Shown: positions 9,601 through 17,860, counted from the first letter of the stretch. The stretch: DNA of 64,000 nucleotides from Candidatus Woesearchaeota archaeon (GCA_038828875.1 JAWBMQ010000002.1:25314-89313); one strand, 5' to 3'. Notes: generated by a model from the letters alone, not told the origin. Program-made: numbers and translations.

Positions 9601-11611
9601 TCAACCAAAGCAAGAAAAAATAGTGGATGAAACAATAACTAAGGAAAATCATGAATATACTTGGAATAATATAAAAGAATTAGGAACTTATAATATTACA
9701 ATTCAATGTAATTCATCATCATCTAATGAAATTGTTCAACAATCAAAAATCGTGGAAGTTTCAAGTCCTTGTGAATCTACTACATTTAGTGTGGATAAAA
9801 CTAATTTACTTGTTGGTGAAAATGTTAAAATTACTTATTCAGTATCAAACGGCGCAAAACTAAATATTTCGATTACATCATCAAAAACGACGATACCAGA
9901 GCAATCATTTACGTCTTCAGGATCAACCAGTCATAAATTTGATAATGAAGGAATTTATAAAATAATAGGAAAATGTTTTGAAGGTGATGTTTTAAAAATT
10001 AAAAAGGAGATAGAGATTAATGTTATCAAACCTAAAACTACAAAAGAATGCAAGCCAGTAACTGAATTTAAGATAGATTCTAAAAAAATTAATAATAATC
10101 TAATTTTAAAGGATTTTAATCAAAATTTACAGTTAGACAAATTTTCTTATGAATTTGAGATTTCATTTAATGGGAAAGTTTCTAGTGAAGATCAACGCAT
10201 AGTTTACGAAGAACCTAAAAAATTAAATTTAGTTTTTTCTATTGATACGAAGAAAGGTAGAAAGGAATTTACTTTTTCAATTTCTGATACTTCTAAAAGT
10301 TCACAAGATTATTTTTTAATAAGTAATTATGGTGACGTAAAGAAAGAGAATGTCAATGATTTGTTGAATAAAATTATTGAGGATCCTCTTAATAATAAAT
10401 TTGGCTTCCCTAATGAAAATAACGATGATTTTTATCTGATTAGTTTATTTTTTACTTATGATCCTACTAACAAAATAATAAAAGTAAAATTAAATTATTA
10501 TTTCAAAATATTTTTTTACCAGCCCAGATTGAAAAGGTTGAAAAATAATCCAGGTACCCCTTTTTATTTGATTCCAACAGGGCTAGCTTTAAACTTTGAC
10601 AATAGCCTAATTTTTAACATAGACAAAATTTGTGAAAATTCAAACAGAAAGGTTCAGATAAAATTAAATGTTTATGACAAGGTATTTTCACAAATCTTTA
10701 ATAAGATTAATGATGCACGTGAAAAATTGTATAATTTGTTAAATAATAAGAAAGTTGGTTTTATTACTAGTGATAGATCATTAATTGGAAACAAAGATTA
10801 TATCTTCAAATATGATGGATTCTATGATCCATTGTTCAAAAATCAACAATTCTTTCCTTATTTAAGTATTATTAAGTATTATTTTTTTGATACTAACAAA
10901 GGTACATCCTATATTCTTATTTGTCTTTCTAGAGAGAGCGAACTTTATTGTGCTAAACCAATTACTTATGGTGAATTAGAACATATTCTAGAAAAAAATA
11001 GCAAAACTTTAGTATTTCTTGATACTATTGATTCTTCGTTTGCAAAATTGTATAGTTCTACATTCGGATATGTTTATTTTAAAGATTATACCGCTCGAGG
11101 GTATTGGTTTTTATCATTTATTCCACAAGTAGTGTTAGTAAATGCTAAAATGAATATTATTGATGATATCCTCTTAGACGAGGGATCAAGTGGAGCAGTA
11201 CGGATACAATATTCTTCAGGAGTACACTATAGTGCATTTAAAGAACGTTTTTTAAATGAAATAAAAAGTCCAAATTCATATACTGAAAATATTGTTAATG
11301 TTGAAAATGTTGCTAAAATTATAAAATTTAAATCTAGAGATTATGTTATTGGTAAGGTAAAATATAATGAAATAATGGAATATTATGAAGAATATTTACT
11401 AAATTTTAAAAATATAGCTTCTTTTGATTTCATTTTTTCTAATTATTTTTTATCATCATTTGAGACAACTTCTTTATTCTACGGAGAACGAAGAGGAGTT
11501 ATGATTATTTATCCTTATAATCATGCTAATAGAAAATACATGGTTAAAAAATATCTAAATACGAAAAGTGATAATTCAAAGGAATTAGTTTCAATAACTA
11601 CAATTCAATAA
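3662..11611 (+). CDS. Giant (2649 aa) cell-surface repeat protein, putative adhesin
   Basis: Uninterrupted 7.9-kb ORF. The N-terminus is basic, then KKG, then a hydrophobic helix (VNPFDVVLVLTLTSTIIF), which looks like a class-III-type signal or anchor. The central region has at least six repeated ~90-aa modules, each with a Cys pair and a Trp (e.g. C..KIN.F.SS...L.LSW.A..C...L.L.C), typical of Ig-like or adhesin domains. There is also an S/A-rich linker. Confidence 0.7.
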   Translation: MYSKIKKKLFRNKKGVNPFDVVLVLTLTSTIIFSSMFLIYRKSSPSMIQDLVNSIYSYRESVNRDMLNNYQDSLVDEMLPWEVVLSIYERDGEGKKYSNDLQQKISASFYDDMVGYFFVMNNIDESFLIDKVRILLQDKIGYIQDIKYDFYNDKIKIFSYINKEEALKASAQAYRLELSKSKEFLLQIAKNDWSDNCLYLFLNYSENKLTLPNAIISDDVVPFYLTYLASDIRCTPFCRSGFYNFEISGISCGSNKLFNRDGIEEEVSSDIQNTIITTIDNLKQVLTFVDKLPFDAENKLKLVAYLIKYHPNKKIVSSLSTLDLKDPKSLEDAILTICTKDLIEKDFCYSRLNKLEKDYNTFKYDFGLTKNYVFEKSEISKVKDERLLEWTYLSKPFPIKEVSKLYVNFTEIFKKYDLGIMILPDKRNLTNITEYLNNYYNEKNETFNKVFFNSLWGFNFSISKEKSNDTVVFEELVGVSFLYSLYLNSLALKDCDINYDFFDLKKNVGTDKYKYDNLIFNLETFTDSEKTIVDNITLEIKLTDGTKKSYKISFSQIRALNNVSITKDTSVDKLKLCTELTFYYVVPFSTFGELIPKKLEYSVIESDLEKKWRLSNYEYNFLLVIEGEKISQHILKDIKEVTIDKCVKFQPYNNDAILIDFSENDENCQNLKNEIISNKDQWEISCINGLTNDFLAESTYIPLKEGDSRESKFRNLRAKARTSYKLADILVQDSYSGEYFFFAEMVICSDDDYPIFDNSLTSRTITKEKLANIKLRNLNKNYDGYTFIVNDIFQEKFAFIEYYNHKDDEPPMLAKIEKSSGMYTITFLTDLDVSLRDGVCWFSKSNTNYYEIKNLKVFVNKDVEKYNKISFETNYSNISKYNSPSISYHTENQIKLTFDINFSFNFTSVSLKRANIYNDILSAFIMKDIWNITVSAFPSLSSAFASALASASDFFNCSLKNIKLDLDPYYMIYIAEGLLNCELVLEDESHDFISYDKEISDLLNNNEFILYVDQMLDEKNTAKVECLSSVVGSYTTGGSTLVEDCGIDYFQASKNSIEKGDSVDLSYGLKANRECFYHLRCTNGLIDKPIKLAQPFDSDFSNTDPVVFDDIGTYECKLTVERDGAEVASQSHIIEVFEKCQAEIISFEITPLVAKKRENIDFSFEVNLCPNNFVNLYCVNKDSGSKIPFVSNNIDLIYKQKNYFNEIGKYDCNLEITRNSVVEISDSKQIEIFDVSALVSTPSATPTTSCTAKINSFESSKTTLKLSESVDLSWDATICSGDELLLECNDENGIQELNSKVNSIGKRTFNPSKEGTYICKLSILKSSGGVVSRSLSLNVMCERKINDFFASPIEVCKDGDVSLSWDVKICKNEKVNLYCSVDKTNYDVTSLVSKTYTVSDINNHLCTLSILDDSGNVLVFMNTNFKSLSCVVPTSTTSCTPKINEFKSSKSKIEIINLANNEKFTLSWNANLCGNEELNLVCNPGSINQKGLSASGTYNVVANLDETYSCELKLIDKSDGSIIDAKDVKVEVIDKRITFTLNTNKIEYSSTVKATWTAPAKAKSVKLILDYDSLTDIEEKLSTSGSKDYQLKDLVKFIYIVEFRDGSSKNIELPVCVLPKASLSVQPIGCKKYKVDLILEHNERFLKNQIKDVSISDKSGLSGSYSSNKMSYSTQLENKASDLNDKVIIMFNNFCNTQEVTYRYPPMTIPSFTFSGSVQHNEFLVEDCNKNTFIQKYTTKITGNNFLNYFDKFSLRSITSGNEFIKDLSFNEFNSKTTYVSGDIEINFDKSGNKLEIIRKNVQAPCGSLESPVTHLLTLTDCNGKNYEVYFEFTFKKKGTTVSSTSPSSSKSCKIDSFTVTPSKLDLAKIKKFTISYSLSNSIENKLYVKGPKDTVFQDKSGILTQKELVPTQLGKYIFNLTCKGNDGIINSKVVEAEVVESCYIDKFTLSSEKVSIGQSVKITANFRNSQLRKLLINRIQPKQEKIVDETITKENHEYTWNNIKELGTYNITIQCNSSSSNEIVQQSKIVEVSSPCESTTFSVDKTNLLVGENVKITYSVSNGAKLNISITSSKTTIPEQSFTSSGSTSHKFDNEGIYKIIGKCFEGDVLKIKKEIEINVIKPKTTKECKPVTEFKIDSKKINNNLILKDFNQNLQLDKFSYEFEISFNGKVSSEDQRIVYEEPKKLNLVFSIDTKKGRKEFTFSISDTSKSSQDYFLISNYGDVKKENVNDLLNKIIEDPLNNKFGFPNENNDDFYLISLFFTYDPTNKIIKVKLNYYFKIFFYQPRLKRLKNNPGTPFYLIPTGLALNFDNSLIFNIDKICENSNRKVQIKLNVYDKVFSQIFNKINDAREKLYNLLNNKKVGFITSDRSLIGNKDYIFKYDGFYDPLFKNQQFFPYLSIIKYYFFDTNKGTSYILICLSRESELYCAKPITYGELEHILEKNSKTLVFLDTIDSSFAKLYSSTFGYVYFKDYTARGYWFLSFIPQVVLVNAKMNIIDDILLDEGSSGAVRIQYSSGVHYSAFKERFLNEIKSPNSYTENIVNVENVAKIIKFKSRDYVIGKVKYNEIMEYYEEYLLNFKNIASFDFIFSNYFLSSFETTSLFYGERRGVMIIYPYNHANRKYMVKKYLNTKSDNSKELVSITTIQ

Positions 11612-11653
11612 TAACAAATATTTATATATTGTTTTTGCAAAAGAAAGTAGAAT

Positions 11654-12946
11654 ATGATAGAACTCTTTAGAATTTCAAAGAAAGCTAAGTTTTTGTTTTT
11701 ATGCTTATTTTTTTCTTTAATGATTTCCGTTTCAGGAATTCAACAATTTCATCCTGCTTCAGAAATTGAACCAGGTACTTTTGGTACTGATTTGTATATT
11801 GGAAATTATTCTTTTCCTGATTCTTTAAGTGTTGCAAATAATCTTTACGTTGGTCAAAGAGTTGGTATTGGTGTTTCTAATCCAAGAGATGCTTTAGAGG
11901 TTGTTGGTAATTTAATAGTTTCTGGAGGAGATCGATACATAGGTTTAGTTGATAATTTTGCATTAGGAATAAGAACAAATAACATTGATAGAATTTATAT
12001 TACTAATTCTGGAAACGTAGGCATAGGAACAACAAGTCCTGGTTATAAGTTAGATATAAGTGGAACCTTAAGGAGTACCCAAGATGCATATTTAGCAACA
12101 AGTAGTGGTAATGTAGGCATAGGAACAACAAGTCCGAGTACAAAGTTACAAGTGGTAGGGGATATAGGATTAAGTGGTGCGGATAGATTTATAGGAACAA
12201 TAGATAATTATGCATTAAATTTAAGGACGAATAATGCTAATAGGGTAACAATAACTAATGCAGGAAATGTTGGTATAGGTACAACAAGTCCTGGTTATAA
12301 ATTAGATATAAGTGGAACAATAAGGAGTACAGATTCGACATATTTAGCTACATCCTCAGGGAATGTAGGTATAGGGAGTATAAGTGCAAGTTATAAATTA
12401 GATATAAGTGGAACATTAAGGAGTACTCAAGATGCATATTTAGCAACAAGTAGCGGTAATGTAGGCATAGGAACAACAAGTCCGAGTACAAAGTTACAGG
12501 TGGTAGGGGATATAGGATTAAGTGGTGCGGATAGATTTATAGGAACAATAGATAATTATGCATTAAATTTAAGGACGAATAATGCTAATAGGTTAACAAT
12601 AACTAATGCAGGAAATGTTGGTATAGGTACAACAAGTCCTGGTTATAAATTAGATATAAGTGGAACCTTAAGGAGTACAGATTCGACATATTTAGCTACA
12701 TCCTCAGGGAATGTAGGTATAGGGAGTACAAGTGCAAGTTACAAATTAGATATAAGTGGAACATTAAGGAGTACTCAAGATGCATATTTAGCAACAAGTA
12801 GTGGAAACGTAGGCATAGGAACAACAAATCCCCAAGCGAAGTTGCATGTAGAAGGTAAAATAAGGGTTAATAATGCAATTCAAGATTCAGGAGGTACAGA
12901 TAGAATAACATTCTCAGGAACTAATGTTATAATTACGATAGGATGA
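11654..12946 (+). CDS. Gly-rich fibre-like repeat protein with a Sec signal peptide (tail-fibre / trimeric-fibre-like repeats)
   Basis: Hydrophobic N-terminal signal. Eight copies of the motif SSGNVGIGTTSP(G/S)YKLD(I/V)SGT.RST, ending ...GNVGIGTTNPQAKLHVEG. This resembles the N.GIGTT.P.AKLHV repeats found in phage tail-fibre and fibre-domain proteins. Confidence 0.65.
   Translation: MIELFRISKKAKFLFLCLFFSLMISVSGIQQFHPASEIEPGTFGTDLYIGNYSFPDSLSVANNLYVGQRVGIGVSNPRDALEVVGNLIVSGGDRYIGLVDNFALGIRTNNIDRIYITNSGNVGIGTTSPGYKLDISGTLRSTQDAYLATSSGNVGIGTTSPSTKLQVVGDIGLSGADRFIGTIDNYALNLRTNNANRVTITNAGNVGIGTTSPGYKLDISGTIRSTDSTYLATSSGNVGIGSISASYKLDISGTLRSTQDAYLATSSGNVGIGTTSPSTKLQVVGDIGLSGADRFIGTIDNYALNLRTNNANRLTITNAGNVGIGTTSPGYKLDISGTLRSTDSTYLATSSGNVGIGSTSASYKLDISGTLRSTQDAYLATSSGNVGIGTTNPQAKLHVEGKIRVNNAIQDSGGTDRITFSGTNVIITIG
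12101..12840. repeat. Near-identical tandem direct repeat, 348-bp unit x ~2.1, within the coding sequence
   Basis: Copies starting at 12101, 12449 and 12797 are nearly base-identical (compare ...agtagtggtaatgtaggcataggaacaacaagtccgagtacaaagttaca...). A degenerate ~108-bp sub-repeat is also present from about 11990. Confidence 0.75.
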
Positions 12947-13013
12947 AAATTTTTTAATTTTTTTAAACTACTTCTAGAAGTTTTTAGCTTTTACCTCAAA
13001 ATTTTAAACTTTT

Positions 13014-15089
13014 TCAATTTAACGGTAAACCGCTCCAAAATTTCCAATCTTCAGAAGGAATTAAGTAAAGGTTATGACCATATTCACCAACTCTATACTT
13101 ATGATAAACGTTATCCCAATTTACATCACTCCATGAAACTCCTGAATTTCCACGAACGTAAACTGCATTAGCAATATTTCTCCAAGCAGCAAACAATTGT
13201 TCATTAGGATCACTCCAACCTTCAGAATTGATAGGTCCTTTATAGCCAGATTCTACTAATTTCTTAACAATTTCTTTCAAAGGTAATTCTCCTTCACCAG
13301 GTGGAAGTTGAGAATGACCGCCAAGAGAATCGACTAAATGCACATTTCCAATAACTTTTTCATCAATCAGTTTTTGAACTTTTTCCTTGAACCATTCTAA
13401 GAAAAGTTCGTCTTTTTTATCAGGATTATTAGCTTTAAAATAATTTTTCCATAAAGCCATATGTTCAGTATCTAATGTCATTTTAATATGTTTTTCAGCT
13501 AATTCTTTAGCTTTGTTAACATCTTTAACATAAAAAGGATTCTTAATTTTTTTTCCATTTTCTTCAATTTCAGGACTTGTTAACATTTCGACCATTTTTT
13601 TCCTTGCTTCTTTTATTAAATATAAAATTTCATCAGGATGAGTTCCAAATCCTCTTCCAGCTTCCCAATTTTCAGGAGCAATGTAAATAGGTTTAGGTAA
13701 ATTGTTTTTTTGAGTATATTCTAAAGCTTTTAATCCCATTTTAGCTAAAGTTTCTATACTTTTGTTAATTGCTACATCTTCTAAAGCCTTTATTCTTTCT
13801 TTTCTAGCTTCAATTTCTTTAAGCTGTTCTTCATAGCTTATCATTGCTTCGTATCTTCTTTTAGCTTCAACTTGTAAAGTTTGTATATATTTTTCTACAG
13901 CATCAACTTTTTTAAGTTCATCTACAGGAACATTAAAGCCTGCAACGTGCAACATATCAACATGAGTTAATAAATATCTTTTCAAAGGTTCAGGTAATTC
14001 TTTATTATTTTGAATTATATCTTCTCTCTTTTTCAACTCTTCTTTGAATTGTTCTAATGCAATTATACTTTTCTTAATTTGCTCAAATTCTTTCATCATT
14101 TCTATTTTTCTAGATTCTGCTTCTTTTTCTTGTTTTTCCATAGAAAGTAATACTAATGATAGATGAGGTTTATCATAAAGTTCATTTACATCTTTAATTA
14201 CTCCTTTATTTTTCATCTCAATTGCATTACTTGCTATTTTAGCAGCAATAGCTTTTAATTTTTCATCCTTTATTTTTTCAATTTCTTTCAATTCTTTGCA
14301 ATTTTTCAACAATTCGCCTGCCTTTTTAAAATCTTCAAAAGATGCTAAATCTACTTTAATATTTCCATTTTCCCAAGGTTGCTTAAATCTTATTTCGTTT
14401 CCTTTAATTTCAAAACTTTCCAAAGCAATAGGAATTGTAGTTTTTTCAGAAATTCCGCTAATTTCACCTTTTTCAACATCTACAACGTAATAAGGTTTTT
14501 CGCTTGTAACTACAAAACTTCCGTATTTTTTTTCTTCTTCTTCATAAACATTTTTCAAAGCACTTATTCTTGGTTGTCCTGGTACTTCAGCTACGTGAAC
14601 AACAATAGCAACACCGTCACTTTTACTTTCTTGTTTTTTTGGCATAATGTCTGATGCAAATTTCATCACATGATCAACTTTATTCATAAACAAATTAATT
14701 CTATCTTCACTTATTTTTCCTCTTTCAGGATCTATTCCAGAAAGTCCTTCTACATAAGTAGGAACATGAACGCTATTAACTTCAACTCCAGTAGCAAATT
14801 GTAATTCTCTTAACTCCTGCCTTTTTAAATTTCCATATCCTTCTACTCCATAACCCATTGCTTGTTCATTTGTAGCTAATTCAACTTTAGTTGTACCTTT
14901 TCTAGAAGCTTGAGCTAATGTTTTTCTAAAATCTCCTCCAGCATTGGGTCCTTCTGTAATGGTCATACCTATTCTACCTGTGCTTATTATTGGTTGCTCA
15001 AGTTTTTTATCTATGGCTAATTGAGCATTCTTTTGCTTATCCATTAATTCCTTAAATTCTTTTTCCCATTCAGGTACATAGTAGCTCAT
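13014..15089 (-). CDS. Xylose-isomerase-like TIM-barrel (sugar phosphate isomerase/epimerase, AP-endonuclease-2 fold) protein interrupted by a ~250-aa coiled-coil insertion
   Basis: The N-terminal segment (NSVHVP..., HVAEVPG) and the C-terminal segment (LDTEHMA...; NVHLVDSLGGHSQLPPGEGELPLKEIVKKLVESGYKGPINSEGW) match conserved metal-binding strands of the XylA-like TIM barrel. The middle segment is K/E-rich heptad-like. Confidence 0.45.
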   Translation of the reverse strand: MSYYVPEWEKEFKELMDKQKNAQLAIDKKLEQPIISTGRIGMTITEGPNAGGDFRKTLAQASRKGTTKVELATNEQAMGYGVEGYGNLKRQELRELQFATGVEVNSVHVPTYVEGLSGIDPERGKISEDRINLFMNKVDHVMKFASDIMPKKQESKSDGVAIVVHVAEVPGQPRISALKNVYEEEEKKYGSFVVTSEKPYYVVDVEKGEISGISEKTTIPIALESFEIKGNEIRFKQPWENGNIKVDLASFEDFKKAGELLKNCKELKEIEKIKDEKLKAIAAKIASNAIEMKNKGVIKDVNELYDKPHLSLVLLSMEKQEKEAESRKIEMMKEFEQIKKSIIALEQFKEELKKREDIIQNNKELPEPLKRYLLTHVDMLHVAGFNVPVDELKKVDAVEKYIQTLQVEAKRRYEAMISYEEQLKEIEARKERIKALEDVAINKSIETLAKMGLKALEYTQKNNLPKPIYIAPENWEAGRGFGTHPDEILYLIKEARKKMVEMLTSPEIEENGKKIKNPFYVKDVNKAKELAEKHIKMTLDTEHMALWKNYFKANNPDKKDELFLEWFKEKVQKLIDEKVIGNVHLVDSLGGHSQLPPGEGELPLKEIVKKLVESGYKGPINSEGWSDPNEQLFAAWRNIANAVYVRGNSGVSWSDVNWDNVYHKYRVGEYGHNLYLIPSEDWKFWSGLPLN

Positions 15090-15173
15090 ATTCTCTTTTT
15101 AGTATTTTATAATATATAAATATGTTTTTTCAATTCATAACTTTTATAAATTTTGACTACTTTCAAGTAGAAA

Positions 15174-16049
15174 ATGCCACGATCTGATAATTTTTGGGAA
15201 TTTTTTGATGGATTTTTTAATGAGAATAATTCTTATAGAAATAATTACTATAATGACTTTCTGAGGACAAATCAAAAATATTATGAAAATATAATCTTGG
15301 ATTATTTAGTATTAGAGCCAGAACTGCTTCATTCTGAATTTAAAGCGTATCAGATGCAGGATTTACTTATGTTACTAAATCTAGAAAATAGGGTCTCGTT
15401 GATAAAAAATATAAATTCTTCTTATTCAAGAATAAAGGAAATTTCAACAAAGAAAGAAATGAATTATTATCCAATTGATGTTTTTGAAAAATTTACAAGA
15501 TTATATAATGCATATTCTCAGTTAAAAGAATACAAAAATCAATTAGATTCAAATCTTAGACAATTAATTTCCTATGTAAACATTCCTTCTTACTACGACG
15601 TAGATTTTGATGATTTGTTTGTTTTTCTTGAAACAAATTCAAGGTATTATAATAAAATGAATGAATTATATGAAGGCTATAGCAATTTAAAAAATCAATT
15701 AGAAAAATGGGTTAATGCTTATGAACTTTTGATGGAAAAAAATCTTTTAAAAGAGTTTATAGAATTAGGAAAACAATGGAAAGAAGAGGTTAAAAAAAGA
15801 AACATTCCTGAATCATCTTATAATGATCAAGCACTTTTAAAGGAATTTAAAGATATGCATGCTAATTTAGAAAGAAGTTATACTAATTTGAAGAATATAG
15901 AGGTAAGAGAAAGATATTCTAAGATATATGCTGCTGTCAAAGATGTAATCAATTCAAATATGTTTCCTGTAGAGGTTTTATTTATGTTAAAGAATCAACT
16001 TATGAGGAAGAAGTTGCAGAGAAAAGAATATCAAGATTATAGAGATTAG
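15174..16049 (+). CDS. Hypothetical helical K/E/N/Y-rich protein
   Basis: 291-aa ORF with no recognisable motifs. Confidence 0.5.
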   Translation: MPRSDNFWEFFDGFFNENNSYRNNYYNDFLRTNQKYYENIILDYLVLEPELLHSEFKAYQMQDLLMLLNLENRVSLIKNINSSYSRIKEISTKKEMNYYPIDVFEKFTRLYNAYSQLKEYKNQLDSNLRQLISYVNIPSYYDVDFDDLFVFLETNSRYYNKMNELYEGYSNLKNQLEKWVNAYELLMEKNLLKEFIELGKQWKEEVKKRNIPESSYNDQALLKEFKDMHANLERSYTNLKNIEVRERYSKIYAAVKDVINSNMFPVEVLFMLKNQLMRKKLQRKEYQDYRD

Positions 16050-16052
16050 AAA

Positions 16053-16934
16053 ATGAATCTTTATGGTTTACTTGAAAATTGTGCATTGTGTCCAAGAAAT
16101 TGCAAAGTGAATCGAAAAGAAGAAACAGGTTATTGTAAAATAGGTTATACCCCTAAAATAAGTTCAATTTATATTTCTGCTTCAGAAGAACCTGTTCTAT
16201 GTAATGAAATAGGTTCAGGTTTAATATATTTTTCAGGATGTCCTATGGATTGTATTTATTGTCATATGTCTGGATTTTCTAGAACCGGAAAAGGAAAAGA
16301 AATTACATTGGATGATCTTGTTGATTCAATGTTAAGAATTCAAGAAAAAGGAGCTAAAACACTAATGTTATTATCCGCAACCCAACATTTACCTTGGGTT
16401 CTTGAAGCTATAGATTTGGCAAAATCAAAAGGATTTTCATTACCAATAGTTTATAAAACATCAGGATATGAAAAAATAGATGTTTTAAAGATGATGAAAA
16501 ATTACATTGATATTTATTTACCTGATTTAAGATATTCTTCAAATGAAATAGGAGAAAAATATTCTCATGTGTCTAACTATTGGGATGTAGCAAGAGATGC
16601 AATAACTGAAATGTATAACCAAGTAGGTCCTTTTGATGAAAATAAGATGAAAGGATTGATCATAAGACTTTTACTTTTACCTTATGATTTGAATGGTACA
16701 GAACATGCATTTAAATTTGTTAAATCATTAAACGAAAAAATTCCAGTTTCAATAATGACTCAATACACACCATTATTTGAAGCAAGACGTGATGAATATC
16801 TTTCAAGGCCTCTTAATACCGAAGAAATTTTCAATGTAATTGTTTTAGCTGCAAGATATAATATTAATGGATGGATTCAGGGTGAAAAATTAAGTTTTGA
16901 AGAAGCAAGAAAAAGAATAATCCCTATTAAATAA
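16053..16934 (+). CDS. Radical SAM protein, PflX-like (COG1313; pyruvate-formate-lyase-activating-enzyme homolog)
   Basis: N-terminal CALCPRNCKVNR...GYC motif followed by the canonical CPMDCIYC (CxxxCxxC) cluster. Confidence 0.75.
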   Translation: MNLYGLLENCALCPRNCKVNRKEETGYCKIGYTPKISSIYISASEEPVLCNEIGSGLIYFSGCPMDCIYCHMSGFSRTGKGKEITLDDLVDSMLRIQEKGAKTLMLLSATQHLPWVLEAIDLAKSKGFSLPIVYKTSGYEKIDVLKMMKNYIDIYLPDLRYSSNEIGEKYSHVSNYWDVARDAITEMYNQVGPFDENKMKGLIIRLLLLPYDLNGTEHAFKFVKSLNEKIPVSIMTQYTPLFEARRDEYLSRPLNTEEIFNVIVLAARYNINGWIQGEKLSFEEARKRIIPIK

Positions 16935-17033
16935 AGATTATTGTTTTGATTGTTGTTTTTTTAAGGATTTCAAATTCAAAGGAAAAAAATATATATTAGT
17001 TTTAATTACTTAAATGTAGTTAAAGGTGATACT

Positions 17034-17822
17034 ATGAGTACATACCTAGCTAAAGAATGGCATGAATTGCAAAAATTGGTAATGTATTTATTGAATCAAG
17101 GTGTTGATTTTAGTGATGAAGAACAGATGAAAAGATTAGGTGAAGTGCGCGAAAGTATATTAGAAATGAGTTTTCGTAATTTAAGACAAAATGATCTCGA
17201 AGAATTAAGAGATATTATAAATTATGTGAAAAACGGAAGCAGAGAATATAATCAAAAAAATAATTTTTATTATAATGATAGTAGAGACAGTGAGAATGTT
17301 TCGAAACAGTTAAGAAAAGAATATATGAGTCATTTTAATGAAAATTCATCAGTAAAAAATATTGATGATTTATTCATGAGTTTTTTAACATGTGAAAGTG
17401 GAAGAGCTAGTAGTAAAGATAATTATAAGCAAGAATATAATCCAAATTACTCAAGATCTGATTCTTATGAAAGGAGATATGATAATCTAAAAAATAATTA
17501 TAATTCAAATACTAATAATAACTTTTCAAAGAATCAATCAAATTTAGATTCACTTTTGGAGGAGTTGCTTTCTCAAGTTCAGAAAGAGTATAGAGGTAAT
17601 AAATCTGTTGATAATAAAAAATCAGACGACAAATATTTAGAACAAAATAAAAATCAAAAAGCATTAGATGCTTCAGAAAAACCAGAACCACTAGAATTCT
17701 ATTGGCCATCTAAGAAGAAGGAAAATAAAGATGATCAGTACATGGACTCTTACACTAGAAGAAAAAAAGAAGAAGAGAAAAGGTACCGTATATTTGATGA
17801 CGATGAAAATCCGTTCTTTTAA
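17034..17822 (+). CDS. Hypothetical low-complexity (N/K/S/Y-rich) protein
   Basis: 262-aa ORF preceded by AGGTGA. Contains Asn-rich tracts. Confidence 0.4.
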   Translation: MSTYLAKEWHELQKLVMYLLNQGVDFSDEEQMKRLGEVRESILEMSFRNLRQNDLEELRDIINYVKNGSREYNQKNNFYYNDSRDSENVSKQLRKEYMSHFNENSSVKNIDDLFMSFLTCESGRASSKDNYKQEYNPNYSRSDSYERRYDNLKNNYNSNTNNNFSKNQSNLDSLLEELLSQVQKEYRGNKSVDNKKSDDKYLEQNKNQKALDASEKPEPLEFYWPSKKKENKDDQYMDSYTRRKKEEEKRYRIFDDDENPFF

Positions 17823-17860
17823 TTATAAGTAGATTGTTTTTTCTTAATTGTTTTCTTTTT

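Noticed and set aside
11990-12850. Regularly spaced direct repeats that could be mistaken for a CRISPR array.
   Set aside because: The units are 348 bp (with a ~108-bp sub-repeat), they are protein-coding and in frame (Gly-rich fibre repeats), and there are no spacers. No CRISPR array or cas genes are present anywhere in the window.
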